DNA of 64,000 nucleotides from a virus, in IMG/VR virus record IMGVR_UViG_3300045988_156465; one strand, given 5' to 3'. This document shows positions 43,263 through 52,962 of this stretch, piece after piece. A program made the position numbers and the translations under genes. The notes below the pieces were generated by a model. That model was not told where the DNA came from and did no database searches. It worked only from the letters and a program-made list of their open reading frames with translations. Each line of letters opens with the position of its first letter. Position 1 is the stretch's first letter.

Positions 43263-43637
43263 TTGAGAGAAGCAGTAAACCGATTGAGAGGATATACTCC
43301 GGCAGAAGATTTCGGGGCGGAAGCAAGGGCGTGTAAACGTACTGCGGAGGGATTTGGACAGGAAGCAGATTGGCTGGAGGAACTGAAACGCTACAGGGAC
43401 TTGGAAGAACAGGGGCGGCTGTTAGTGCTGCCTTGCAAGGTCGGAGATACGGTGTATGAAATCCTCGAAGAAACAGTACCAAACCGATATTTCTATATCG
43501 GAGAATATAAGGTGCAGGATGTATCGGTGAAGGCTGTCAAGTACGCTGGCGAATGGGAACCGTATGATTACGAGAACCTGTATTTCACAAGAGAAGAAGC
43601 GGAAGCGGCATTGGAAAGAAGGAGGAGGGAAAAGTGA
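43263..43637 (+). CDS. Hypothetical protein
   Basis: 124-aa ORF with a TTG start; the start is uncertain. Confidence 0.4.
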   Translation: MREAVNRLRGYTPAEDFGAEARACKRTAEGFGQEADWLEELKRYRDLEEQGRLLVLPCKVGDTVYEILEETVPNRYFYIGEYKVQDVSVKAVKYAGEWEPYDYENLYFTREEAEAALERRRREK

Positions 43638-43834
43638 TGGGAATGGTTATTTTGGCAATTTTGATAATCGCATACATAATGATAGGGTACGGTCTTTTTC
43701 TGAGCATAATCATTGAAGATTATACACAAAACGTATGGAAACCGATTATTTGTTTTTTATGGATTGTTTCCCTTTGGTTTCCCTATGGTGTTTATAGCTA
43801 TTTGAAAGAAAGAAGGACAAAGGATGAATCTTGA
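43634..43834 (+). CDS. Small membrane protein
   Basis: Two hydrophobic segments (MVILAILIIAYIMIGYGLFLSIII; ICFLWIVSLWFPYGVY). Confidence 0.4.
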   Translation: MMGMVILAILIIAYIMIGYGLFLSIIIEDYTQNVWKPIICFLWIVSLWFPYGVYSYLKERRTKDES

Positions 43835-44111
43835 TGAGAAAATCAAACAGCACATTCCGCAGGACGAGCTGTTAGCGCAGTTAGCAGAGGAATGTGCGGA
43901 GTTATCGCAGGCGGCATTAAAGTTGCGGCGAGCGTTGACGGGTATCAACCCAACGTCTGTGACGGTGGACGAGGCAAGAAAGAGTCTGGTGGAGGAGGCA
44001 GCGGATGTCTACAACGTAATGGGGCTGCTGTTGGATGCGGAGGACAACGCCGAGATATACAGCATCATTCGGCGGAAAAAGAAAAGATGGCTGAATAGAT
44101 TGGAGGGGTGA
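43824..44111 (+). CDS. MazG-like nucleotide pyrophosphohydrolase
   Basis: LAQLAEECAELSQAALKL...LVEEAADVYNVMGLL gives the paired EExxE/EExxD helices. Confidence 0.5.
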   Translation: MNLDEKIKQHIPQDELLAQLAEECAELSQAALKLRRALTGINPTSVTVDEARKSLVEEAADVYNVMGLLLDAEDNAEIYSIIRRKKKRWLNRLEG

Positions 44112-44115
44112 TAGC

Positions 44116-44547
44116 TTGGCGATTGTGAGGGAGAATGAGGAGAAGAAGCGATACCTAAACGGGTATCGGGATTGCACACGGCGAGAACGGCAGCTACAGG
44201 AGCAGATTGAGGAGTTACGCAGTCAGCAGATGTTTCCGAGTGTGAACCATGACGGGATGCCGCAGGGGAATGCACACAGCGACCTGTCGGGTTATGTGGC
44301 GAGGTTGGATGCACTCATCAGCCAACTGGAGCATGAGCAGGCTATGGCGGTACGGCAGTACAAGGAAATCCATGACAGGATACATAAAATGCAGGACGGG
44401 GCGGAGAAGGAAGTGCTGATTCGGCGGTATCTGATGGGAAGGACATGGGAGCAGATTGCGGTGGAGATGGATTACAACTACCGTTGGGTATTAAGACTTC
44501 ACGGGAGGGCTTTAAAAAATTTTGAAATTTCTGAAATAAGCCACTAA
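44116..44547 (+). CDS. Sigma-factor-like late transcriptional regulator (DUF1492/RinA-like)
   Basis: The C-terminal EVLIRRYLMGRTWEQIAVEMDYNYRWVLRLHGRALKNF resembles sigma region 4. Lies immediately upstream of the packaging genes. Confidence 0.5.
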   Translation: MAIVRENEEKKRYLNGYRDCTRRERQLQEQIEELRSQQMFPSVNHDGMPQGNAHSDLSGYVARLDALISQLEHEQAMAVRQYKEIHDRIHKMQDGAEKEVLIRRYLMGRTWEQIAVEMDYNYRWVLRLHGRALKNFEISEISH

Positions 44548-44615
44548 AAGCCACATCGAAATATGGTATTATGGCATTGTGAAAATATAGATGTTTCATG
44601 TTACCTCCTATTTTG

Positions 44616-44640
44616 GGCACTCGGAAACGGGTGCCTTTTT
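44616..44640 (+). terminator. Intrinsic terminator upstream of terS
   Basis: GGCACUCG, GAAA loop, CGGGUGCC, then U5. Confidence 0.7.
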
Positions 44641-44673
44641 CATTACAAAAAAATTTGAGAAAGGGGCGATAGT

Positions 44674-45138
44674 ATGCCAAAGGAAAAGGCGGAATATCGC
44701 CTGACAGAAAAACAGAAACGATTTGCGGATGAATACTTGATAGACTGCAACGGAACGAGGGCCTATAAGGCTGCGTATCCAAGCTGCAAAAAGGACAGCT
44801 CGGCAGATGCAAATGCAAGAAAGCTACTCGGAAATGCTCGGATTCGGGAATACATTGATGAAAAGCTGGACGAAATGCACTCTGCGAAAACGGCGGATGC
44901 GCAGGAGGTTATCGAGTATCTGACGGCGGTAATGCGCGGCGAACAGAAGGAGCAGACCCTGCGTCTGATTGGGGATGGGATACAGACGATTAGCGATATT
45001 GATGTTTCCGCAAAGGAGCGATTGAAGGCGGCGGAGCTGTTGGGAAAACGCTTTGGACTGTTTACCGAAAAGGTGCAGATGGATATAAGCCCTGTTACCA
45101 TCATAGATGATATTCCGAAGGGGGATGCAAATGTCTGA
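44674..45138 (+). CDS. terS: Terminase small subunit
   Basis: LTEKQKRFADEYLIDCNGTRAYKAAYPSCKKDSSADANARKLL is the Terminase_2/P27-type N-terminus. Confidence 0.8.
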   Translation: MPKEKAEYRLTEKQKRFADEYLIDCNGTRAYKAAYPSCKKDSSADANARKLLGNARIREYIDEKLDEMHSAKTADAQEVIEYLTAVMRGEQKEQTLRLIGDGIQTISDIDVSAKERLKAAELLGKRFGLFTEKVQMDISPVTIIDDIPKGDANV

Positions 45139-46363
45139 TTTAACAAAGCTGATTGCGCCCTCCTTTTACGGGGTGCATCATGACATCAAGGCGGGGCGGC
45201 ACACGCACTACTGGCTGAAGGGCGGGCGGGGATCTACGAAATCCTCTTTTATCTCTGTGGAGATTATCTTGGGGATGATGCAGGACACCGCCGCCAATGC
45301 GCTTGTTCTGCGGAAGGTGGCGGCCAACCTAAAGGACAGCGTGTATGAGCAGCTGCTCTGGGCGATTGAGGCATTGGGTGTAGAGCATTTGTGGAAAGCA
45401 AAGCTAAGTCCGTTACAGCTTTCGTACATCCCGACAGGACAGAGAATACTCTTTCGTGGGGCGGACGAGCCGAAGAAAATCAAATCTACGAAATTCCGAA
45501 AGGGTTATTGCAAATACATCTGGTACGAGGAGGCGGACGAGTTTGCAGGGATGCAGGAAATCCGCACCATCAATCAATCCCTGATGCGTGGCGGCAGCAG
45601 TTTTTTTGTATTTTACAGCTACAACCCACCGAAAAGCCAGAGCAACTGGGTAAACCGGGAGTGCTTACAGCCGAAGGCAAACCGCTTGGTGCATACCTCT
45701 GATTATCGGCGTGTGCCGCCTGCGTGGTTGGGGGATGCGTTTTTGCAGGAGGCGGAATATCTAAAGGAGCTGAACGAAAAGGCATATCGACATGAATATC
45801 TGGGCGAGGTGGTCGGCAGCGGCGGTGCGGTATTCGACAACGTAACGGTGGAGGAAATCACCGATGCAGAGATTGCAGCCTTCGACCGTATTTACAACGG
45901 CGTGGACTGGGGCTTTTATCCCGACCCTTGGGCGTTCAATCGGATGCACTACGATTCTGCCAGACGGACGCTCTACATCTTCGGCGAGCTGACAAGGCAC
46001 AGAACGGGCAATGCGGAAACAGCAAGGCTCCTGCGGCAATATGGTGTGCAGGATACGGATTTGATTACGGCGGACAGTGCCGAGCCGAAAAGCGTTGCGG
46101 ACTATCGGAGCTATGGGCTGTTCTGCCGTGGAGCAGTGAAGGGACCGGGGAGCGTGGACTACAGCATGAAATGGTTACAGGCTTTGGTGCGGATTGTGAT
46201 TGACCCGGTGCGCTGTCCCGATACGGCGAAGGAATTTTCCGCCTACGAATATGACAGGAACAAGGCAGGGGAGGTCATCAGCGGCTACCCCGACAGAGAC
46301 AATCACCATATCGATGCAGTGCGCTATGGAACAGAACCCATCTGGAAAAGGAGGGGGCAGTAA
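45125..46363 (+). CDS. terL: Terminase large subunit (PBSX-type)
   Basis: HYWLKGGRGSTKSSF (Walker A-like) and IWYEEADEF (Walker B). Position between terS and portal. Confidence 0.85.
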   Translation: MQMSDLTKLIAPSFYGVHHDIKAGRHTHYWLKGGRGSTKSSFISVEIILGMMQDTAANALVLRKVAANLKDSVYEQLLWAIEALGVEHLWKAKLSPLQLSYIPTGQRILFRGADEPKKIKSTKFRKGYCKYIWYEEADEFAGMQEIRTINQSLMRGGSSFFVFYSYNPPKSQSNWVNRECLQPKANRLVHTSDYRRVPPAWLGDAFLQEAEYLKELNEKAYRHEYLGEVVGSGGAVFDNVTVEEITDAEIAAFDRIYNGVDWGFYPDPWAFNRMHYDSARRTLYIFGELTRHRTGNAETARLLRQYGVQDTDLITADSAEPKSVADYRSYGLFCRGAVKGPGSVDYSMKWLQALVRIVIDPVRCPDTAKEFSAYEYDRNKAGEVISGYPDRDNHHIDAVRYGTEPIWKRRGQ

Positions 46364-47757
46364 TGCGAAATTTTATCACTTGGGTAAAGGGGGTGTTGCA
46401 GATGTTTTTTCAGAGAGAAACGATAAAAAGGGCAGTCGGTGCAGAGGTGGCAATCAGCGCAGGAATGCAGGATGCCATCACGCTCTGGCAGAAGATGTTC
46501 TGCAATGAGCCGCCTTGGTTAGATAAGAACACAGAAACGCTTGGGTTAGCCGCTGCGGTTGCGTCGGAGATTGCAAGACTGGTTACTGTGGAATTTCACA
46601 GCGAAATCAGCGGCAGTGGCAGACGGGCGGCATTTTTGCAGGAAGGCTATGCTTTTGTGCTTTCCAGACTGAGAGAGCAGACAGAATTTGCGGCGGCAAT
46701 GGGCGGCTTGGTATTCAAGCCCTACATGGACGGCGGCAAAATTGCGATTGATTTTGTTCATGCGGACAGATTTATTCCGACTGCTTACAACAGCCGCGGA
46801 GAGGTGACGGGTGCGGTGTTTGTGGAGCGTGTGAAAAAGGGTTGTGCATGGTACACCAGACTGGAAAGCCATCAGCTGACGGATGCGGGCTATACGGTGC
46901 AGAATAAAGCCTTTATCTCCTACCAAGAAGGAGAATTGGGTGTGCCTGCGGCTCTGACAAGCGTGGATGAATGGGCGGATCTGGAAGAAAGCTTTGTCAT
47001 GGGTTACCGGAACGGGGACACCTTGGAGCGTCCGCTTTTTGTATATTTCAAGATGCCCTTTGCGAACCACATTGATGCGGAATCCCCTCTGGGCGTATCG
47101 GTCTGCGCAAGAGCGGCAGGGCTGATGGAGCAGGCGGACAGGCAATACAGCCGTATTCTATGGGAGTTTGAAGGCGCGGAGCTGGCAGTGGATGCATCTG
47201 TTGGAGCGTTGCAGGCGGATGGGAAAAGGCTGCCTGTCGGCAAGCAGAGATTGTTCCGCTCTCTGAATCTGGAAAAGGGGACAACCGGGGATTTATACGA
47301 GGTATTCAGCCCTGCAATTCGGGACACTTCCCTGTTTAACGGCTTGAATCAGCTTTTGCGGCGGATTGAGTTTAACTGCAATCTGTCCTACGGCACCTTA
47401 TCCGACCCACAGAATCAGGAAAAGACAGCGGAGGAAATCCGCATGAGCAAGCAGCGCAGCTATGCGGCGGTCTGCAATATCCAGAAGTCCTTACAGGCGG
47501 CGTTGGAGCATCTGGTCTGGGTGCTGGACTACTACACAAGCCTATATCAGCTTGCGCCCGATGGGAAATACGAGGTTACCTTCAACTGGGGGGACGGCGT
47601 GCTGACGGACACAGGCGCAGAATATGCACAGATGAAGGCTATGGTGGATGCGAACATCCTCAAGCCCGAAAAGCTGTTGGCGTGGTATTTCGGCATTTCC
47701 GAGGAGGAGGCAAAGGACTACATTCCTGCACAGGATACGCTTGAGTTTGGGGAGTGA
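46363..47757 (+). CDS. Portal protein (SPP1 gp6-like)
   Basis: 464 aa. ISAGMQDAITLWQKMFCNEPPWLDKNTETLGLAAAVASEIARLVTVEF fits the portal N-terminal pattern; synteny agrees. Confidence 0.8.
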   Translation: MRNFITWVKGVLQMFFQRETIKRAVGAEVAISAGMQDAITLWQKMFCNEPPWLDKNTETLGLAAAVASEIARLVTVEFHSEISGSGRRAAFLQEGYAFVLSRLREQTEFAAAMGGLVFKPYMDGGKIAIDFVHADRFIPTAYNSRGEVTGAVFVERVKKGCAWYTRLESHQLTDAGYTVQNKAFISYQEGELGVPAALTSVDEWADLEESFVMGYRNGDTLERPLFVYFKMPFANHIDAESPLGVSVCARAAGLMEQADRQYSRILWEFEGAELAVDASVGALQADGKRLPVGKQRLFRSLNLEKGTTGDLYEVFSPAIRDTSLFNGLNQLLRRIEFNCNLSYGTLSDPQNQEKTAEEIRMSKQRSYAAVCNIQKSLQAALEHLVWVLDYYTSLYQLAPDGKYEVTFNWGDGVLTDTGAEYAQMKAMVDANILKPEKLLAWYFGISEEEAKDYIPAQDTLEFGE

Positions 47758-47763
47758 TGAGGG

Positions 47764-49527
47764 ATGCTGAAACCCGAATATTTACAGCGTGTGCCGGATG
47801 GCATGATAAAGCTGTACGCACAGGCGGAGGCGGACATACTGGCGGATATGGCAAGGCGTATCAGCACATACGATTACTGGATTCCTGCGGTGGAGCATCA
47901 GGCGAAAATGCTTGAGGAGGCAGGGATGGTGCGAGAGGAGATTCTGGCAAGGCTGAAAACGCTGACGGGCAGAGCCGACAGGGAGCTGCGGCGGCTCATG
48001 CAGGAGGCAGGAGGGGTGGCACTGAAATCCGATGATGCGGTTTATCGCAGGCAGGGGCTGCATCCGCCGCCTGTTTCGGCATCTGAGGACTTGCGGAAGA
48101 TATTGCAGGCAGGATATGAGAAAACAGCGGGTGCATTTCGCAATCTGACGCTGACAACGGCACGCACCGCCGCGCATCAGTTTGCACAGGCACTTGACCG
48201 TGCCTATATGCAGATTACGCTGGGCGGCATGGATTACAACACAGCCATCCGAAGTACTATCAAGCAGCTTTCCGCCGAGGGCGTGGGGGCGATCCGATAC
48301 CCGACAGGGCGGACGGATACCATAGAGGTGGCAGTCAGACGGGCGGTGGTAACGGGCGTGAACCAAACGGCACTGAAATTGCAGGATGCCAGAGCGGACG
48401 AAATGGGAGCTGACCTTGTGGAGGTTTCCGCTCACGCAGGGGCAAGACCATCCCATGCACAATGGCAGGGCGGCATCTATAGCAGGAGCGGGAAAAGCAG
48501 GAAATATCCCGATTTTGTGAAAACCACAGGCTATGGGACGGGCGCAGGCTTGGGCGGATGGAACTGCTCGCATAGCTTTCGCCCGTGGTTCGAGGGCATG
48601 AGCCGCACCTACGATAAGGCGCTGCTGAAGGAATATCAGGCAAAGGACTATGAGTATAACGGCGTAAAAATGACCGAATACGAGGCGTTGCAGGAGCAGC
48701 GGAGGATTGAGCGCAGTATCCGCAGATGGAAACGGGAAAGGAACGCCATGCAGGCCGCAGGACTGGACAGCAGTGAGGCATCCGCCAAGATAACGGAATG
48801 GAACAGAAGGCAGAAGGATTTTCTGGAACAGACGGGATTGAAGGCGGATGGGATGAGGGTTGCTGTGGGGAAAGGCAGTGTGTTGGATGCGTTTGCGGAA
48901 GAAATCCAAGAAACAAGAATTTACAAAGAGCTAACTCTGGAAGATTTTAAGGGGTTAAAACATTCCATTACAAAAGAAGAACGTAGAATCATCTATGGGC
49001 GCAGCCACTTTAGTGGATATATCAATTCCAGTAATGCCAGAAAAATAAATATGGCAATCAGAGAAGGGAAGGAATTGGATTCCGAATATCAGAATATCGC
49101 AGAAACATTACAGAGTGTAATTAACAAAAACAAAGTGGATTGTGATATAATGGTCTACAGATACGTTGATGATGATGCTCTGGAATCTATCACAGGCATA
49201 AAAGCACCTGTTGCAACATTGAAGATGAGCAGTGAGGAGTTCTTCGGCAAGGTAAGAGATACTGCGAGGATGATAACGCTCGGGCACGAATATACAGAAA
49301 AAGGGTTTTTATCCACAAGCGGTGTTTTGGATAAAAATGTGATGTCCCGAAAGAACGTCTTTTTGCGAATAAAAGTCAAAAGTGGAACGAATGCGTATAT
49401 ATCAACAAACAATAAAGAAAGCGAAATAATATTTGGACGGAATACAAAGTTGAAAATTACAAAAGCAAGCTTAGAAAATGAGGGTGCATATAATTTTAAA
49501 TATGTACTGGATTGCGAAATGGAGTGA
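47764..49527 (+). CDS. MuF/SPP1-gp7-type head morphogenesis protein fused to a C-terminal ADP-ribosyltransferase domain
   Basis: MuF core ...ARPSHAQWQGGIYS...GGWNCSHSFRPW. C-terminal R-S-E triad context: VYRYV (R codon 49159-49161), GFLSTS (49303-49320), ESE (49427-49435). Confidence 0.8.
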   Translation: MLKPEYLQRVPDGMIKLYAQAEADILADMARRISTYDYWIPAVEHQAKMLEEAGMVREEILARLKTLTGRADRELRRLMQEAGGVALKSDDAVYRRQGLHPPPVSASEDLRKILQAGYEKTAGAFRNLTLTTARTAAHQFAQALDRAYMQITLGGMDYNTAIRSTIKQLSAEGVGAIRYPTGRTDTIEVAVRRAVVTGVNQTALKLQDARADEMGADLVEVSAHAGARPSHAQWQGGIYSRSGKSRKYPDFVKTTGYGTGAGLGGWNCSHSFRPWFEGMSRTYDKALLKEYQAKDYEYNGVKMTEYEALQEQRRIERSIRRWKRERNAMQAAGLDSSEASAKITEWNRRQKDFLEQTGLKADGMRVAVGKGSVLDAFAEEIQETRIYKELTLEDFKGLKHSITKEERRIIYGRSHFSGYINSSNARKINMAIREGKELDSEYQNIAETLQSVINKNKVDCDIMVYRYVDDDALESITGIKAPVATLKMSSEEFFGKVRDTARMITLGHEYTEKGFLSTSGVLDKNVMSRKNVFLRIKVKSGTNAYISTNNKESEIIFGRNTKLKITKASLENEGAYNFKYVLDCEME

Positions 49528-49531
49528 TTCT

Positions 49532-49858
49532 GTGAACAAAGAAAAAAAGGTATTTATCGATAATCTGTGGATGGAATCTGACTTAGGAAAATGGTGTTTG
49601 CTGATGTCTGAAGGAAAAACGGAGGACGCAGACGGTATTGTGCGTGATATTGTAGCATTCACGGGTGCAAAGACCTATATGGGTGCCGTCCGGATGAAGG
49701 AAAAAGAGGTTTCCGAAAAAATGATTGCTGCATTTAAAGATTTGAATGAGTATAAAGAATATATGCTAAGCATAGAGGCAGAAAATGCTGACCTTGTAGG
49801 CGTTTTGATAGCGTATGACATTTTTGCGGATTTAGAAGATACTTTAACTCAAAAATAA
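49532..49858 (+). CDS. Candidate cognate immunity protein
   Basis: GTG start 5 nt after the toxin-fusion stop. AT-rich like the ART-coding segment. No motif recognised. Confidence 0.4.
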   Translation: MNKEKKVFIDNLWMESDLGKWCLLMSEGKTEDADGIVRDIVAFTGAKTYMGAVRMKEKEVSEKMIAAFKDLNEYKEYMLSIEAENADLVGVLIAYDIFADLEDTLTQK

Positions 49859-49907
49859 GGAATGCCGCAGGACGAGGCTCACATCAAAGCATCCGGAAAG
49901 TATAATT

Positions 49908-50171
49908 ATGCAAAAGAGGCAGGCGAATACTATGCTAAAATTAAAAAATATAAAAATAAATAATGGAATCATTTCTGCAGAGTATGACCCCGAAAATAGC
50001 GGTGTTTTAGGCTCGGTTTCTGTTGATATTAAGAGTGGAGAGATAGTAGACAGCAGACTTTCTGAGTATGACAAGGATTTTCCTGTTTACCTCGGTCATG
50101 CGGTTGCCTGTTTGGAAAAATTAGCGTTGCAGGATAGTGTGCCGGAGGAAAAGACGGTCATGTGGTACTGA
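49908..50171 (+). CDS. Hypothetical protein (start uncertain; alternative ATG at 49932)
   Basis: 87-aa ORF in the AT-rich string between the MuF and scaffold genes. Confidence 0.4.
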   Translation: MQKRQANTMLKLKNIKINNGIISAEYDPENSGVLGSVSVDIKSGEIVDSRLSEYDKDFPVYLGHAVACLEKLALQDSVPEEKTVMWY

Positions 50172-50301
50172 GTGTTGGACTGGAGGGATGAGTATGTATC
50201 ATTATACAATATGCAATGTTCCCGATGAAGAACTGTTTTATAAACAATGCGTGGCATTGGAAAAGAATGTAAGGACTTTATTTTTGAAAGGGTGAAATAA
50301 G

Positions 50302-50490
50302 ATGTCCTACGAAGAAGAAAAAAATGCTTTGAAAGAAGAATTCGATGTGAAATTTGCGGCTCTTGCAAAGGAAGAAGATGCAGCAATGATAAGAGGGCTT
50401 GATTCAGAATATGACGTGAAAAGAAAAATGATGATGCGAGAAGAAAACAAACGATTGAAAGCATTGAAAGAAAAGTACGGTATCAAGTAA
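50302..50490 (+). CDS. Hypothetical charged helical protein
   Basis: 62-aa ORF, E/K-rich. Confidence 0.4.
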   Translation: MSYEEEKNALKEEFDVKFAALAKEEDAAMIRGLDSEYDVKRKMMMREENKRLKALKEKYGIK

Positions 50491-50601
50491 GCACTTGCCA
50501 TTTTTGGTAGGTGCTTTTTGATTGCCCGGAATGGCGAAAAACTATCAAGGCGTGCGGAAAGAACCGTGAGAACAAACTGAAAGCTGAAAGGAGAACGAAG
50601 A

Positions 50602-51180
50602 ATGAAAAGAGAGGACATTAAGAAATTTTTCCCCGATGCCACAGAGGAACAGCTGAAGGGCTTACTGGACATCAACACAGCCGACATCGGCAAGGCAAAG
50701 GGAGAGTTTGAAGCAGTGAAGACGGACTTGGAGAAAGCCAACGGCACCCTCAATGAATACGAAACCACCATTGCAGACCTGAAAAAATCCGCAGAAGGCA
50801 ACGAGGATTTCAAGAAGAAATTCGAGGATTTGGAACAGCGGATTGCGGACGAGAAAGCCGAGGCGGAGAAGAAAGCAAAGGAAGAAGCGGAAGAAGCCGA
50901 ATATTCCAACCGCTTCAAGACGGTGGTCGGGGAGCAGAAATGGCGGGACGAGCTGACGGAAAAGGCAGTCTACGCCGAATTTAAAACCGCTTTGCAGGAT
51001 GAAGCAAACAAGGGCAAGGGGGACAAGGATATTCTGGCGGCTCTGACGCAGGACAAGGAATATTTCGCAAAAGACCCTGCAAGAGTGCCTGCCTTCTCCA
51101 GAGGGACAGGCTTTGCAGGCGGCGAGGTGGACGATGCGGCAGTCAGAGCGGCAATGGGCTTATCCCCGAAGAAGGACTAA
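50602..51180 (+). CDS. Scaffolding protein
   Basis: Helical E/K/A-rich 192-aa protein immediately upstream of the major capsid gene; GP20-like N-terminus. Confidence 0.65.
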   Translation: MKREDIKKFFPDATEEQLKGLLDINTADIGKAKGEFEAVKTDLEKANGTLNEYETTIADLKKSAEGNEDFKKKFEDLEQRIADEKAEAEKKAKEEAEEAEYSNRFKTVVGEQKWRDELTEKAVYAEFKTALQDEANKGKGDKDILAALTQDKEYFAKDPARVPAFSRGTGFAGGEVDDAAVRAAMGLSPKKD

Positions 51181-51205
51181 GGAAAATCGAAAGGAGAAAT
51201 AAAAC

Positions 51206-52099
51206 ATGGCGAACAGCATTACACTTTTCAAAAAATACATTGACCTGCTGGACGAGGTCTATCAGAATGCGTCCGTTACCTCTGCGCTGGACGGCGATAT
51301 GACACTGGTGCAGATGGGCGCGAACACAAACGAAATCGTGATTCCCAAAATCAGCATGGATGGTCTGGCGGATTATGACCGCAACGGCGGCTATGTGCAT
51401 GGGGATGTGACACTGACGAATGAAACCGTCAAATTCAATTATGACCGTGGCAGAAAATTTACGGTCGATGCCATGGACAACGAGGAAACCGCAGGGCTTG
51501 CCTTCGGGAAGCTGGCGGCGGAATTCATCCGCACAAAAGTGGTACCTGAAATGGATGCCTTCCGCTTTGCGACCTACGCAGGCACAACAGGCATTTCCAA
51601 GGCAACCGCAGACACACTGGCGGACGGTGCGGCAGTTCTGGCGGCTCTGGTGGCGGCGCAGAACAAAATGGACGAGGACGAGGTACCGCAGGAAAACAGA
51701 CATTTGTTTATTACACCTACCCTCTACAACATGATTTACGCGGTCGATACCACGAAATCCAAAGAGGTGCTGAATTCCTTTGCATCCATTCAGAAGGTGC
51801 CCCAGACCCGTTTCTATACCGCCATTGACCTGTATGACGGCAAGACGGACAACAGCGGCGCAAGCGGTGCGAATGAGAAGGTCGGCGGCTTTGTGAAGGC
51901 AAGCACAGGCAAGGAAATTAACTTCATGGTCATTCATAAGCCTGCACTGCTGCAGTATCCCAAGCATACGGTCAACAAGGTTATCTCTCCCGATGCAAAT
52001 CAGGATAGTGACGGCTGGCTGTTCTTCTATAGAGCATACGGTCTGGCGGATGTATACGAAAACAAGGTTGCAGGGATTTATCTGCACCATAAAGCGTAA
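51206..52099 (+). CDS. Major capsid protein
   Basis: 297 aa. Position after the scaffold. ITLFKKYIDLLDEVYQNASVTSALDG... is typical of this capsid family. Confidence 0.75.
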   Translation: MANSITLFKKYIDLLDEVYQNASVTSALDGDMTLVQMGANTNEIVIPKISMDGLADYDRNGGYVHGDVTLTNETVKFNYDRGRKFTVDAMDNEETAGLAFGKLAAEFIRTKVVPEMDAFRFATYAGTTGISKATADTLADGAAVLAALVAAQNKMDEDEVPQENRHLFITPTLYNMIYAVDTTKSKEVLNSFASIQKVPQTRFYTAIDLYDGKTDNSGASGANEKVGGFVKASTGKEINFMVIHKPALLQYPKHTVNKVISPDANQDSDGWLFFYRAYGLADVYENKVAGIYLHHKA

Positions 52100-52112
52100 G
52101 GAGGGAAGGCGT

Positions 52113-52247
52113 ATGGCGAAAACAGTAGGCATGGGCGCAAAACAGCCCGAAACGGCGGAAAACAAGGAAATCGCAAAGCTGAAAAAGGAAAATGCCGCAC
52201 TGAAAAAGGAGCTTGCGGCTCTGAAGAAGGAGCAGGAAAAGCAGTAA
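52113..52247 (+). CDS. 44-aa coiled-coil peptide
   Basis: SD AAGGAGGGAAGG. KEIAKLKKENAALKKELAALKKEQEKQ. Confidence 0.35.
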   Translation: MAKTVGMGAKQPETAENKEIAKLKKENAALKKELAALKKEQEKQ

Positions 52248-52260
52248 AGGGGGAAAACGC

Positions 52261-52962
52261 ATGATTTATGCGGATTTTTCGTATTACAAAGACACCTATT
52301 GCGGCGAAATGGCGGAGGGAGACTTTAAGCGTCTCTCCCGTTCCGCCTCTGCGTATCTGGACAGCATAACTTTTGACCGTATTCCATCCGTTACAGATGA
52401 GAAAATCAAGGAGAGGGTCAAAGAGGCGTGCTGTGCGGTGGCGGATGTGCTTTTGCAGAAGGAGCAGAGGGACGGCATTGCATCGGAAACGAATGACGGC
52501 ATTTCTGTTACCTACACAACCGAAGGCAGTACGGACGAACAACGGCTTTACCGCGCGGCGGTGCTGTATCTTAGCAATACAGGGCTGTTGTATCGGGGGG
52601 GTGGAGTGATGCTTGCATGTACGGAAACGATTACGCATATCCGGCTGCGGTATGACAGGAAAACGGATACGGATGCATATATCTGCACTGCGATTCATGG
52701 TGTGAGTTGGTTCGGCAAGCTGATTGCTACGCCGGAAAACAAAGGCTTGACGGGTGCGGCGAAGATTACCGTCCGTATTCCGGAGGATGCCATGCCCGAT
52801 ATTACCATCCGAAACGGAGATTTTATCGTGCGTGGTGCGGTGGATGCCATCGAAAAACAGGCAGACTTGAAGGGACTGGAATACTTTACGGTACTTTCTG
52901 TCGGGGATAACCGCAGGAGCAGGCGGAAGGACTTACGGCATTGGGTGGTGAGCGGCGCATGA
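52261..52962 (+). CDS. Head-tail connector-like and head-closure-like segments in a single ORF (possible fusion at a G7 tract)
   Basis: The first ~115 aa look connector-like. From MLACTETITHIRL... to ...RHWVVSGA it resembles a separate minor capsid/closure family. See the finding at 52590. Confidence 0.5.
   Translation: MIYADFSYYKDTYCGEMAEGDFKRLSRSASAYLDSITFDRIPSVTDEKIKERVKEACCAVADVLLQKEQRDGIASETNDGISVTYTTEGSTDEQRLYRAAVLYLSNTGLLYRGGGVMLACTETITHIRLRYDRKTDTDAYICTAIHGVSWFGKLIATPENKGLTGAAKITVRIPEDAMPDITIRNGDFIVRGAVDAIEKQADLKGLEYFTVLSVGDNRRSRRKDLRHWVVSGA

Noticed and set aside
44342-44599. Minus-strand ORF (MKHLYFHNAII...) with a strong AGGAGG SD, antisense to the sigma-like gene
   Set aside because: The SD plus ATG is striking, but the product is P/S-rich and looks like antisense translation. 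The ORF fully overlaps a well-supported gene. It is kept only as a possibility testable by ribosome profiling.
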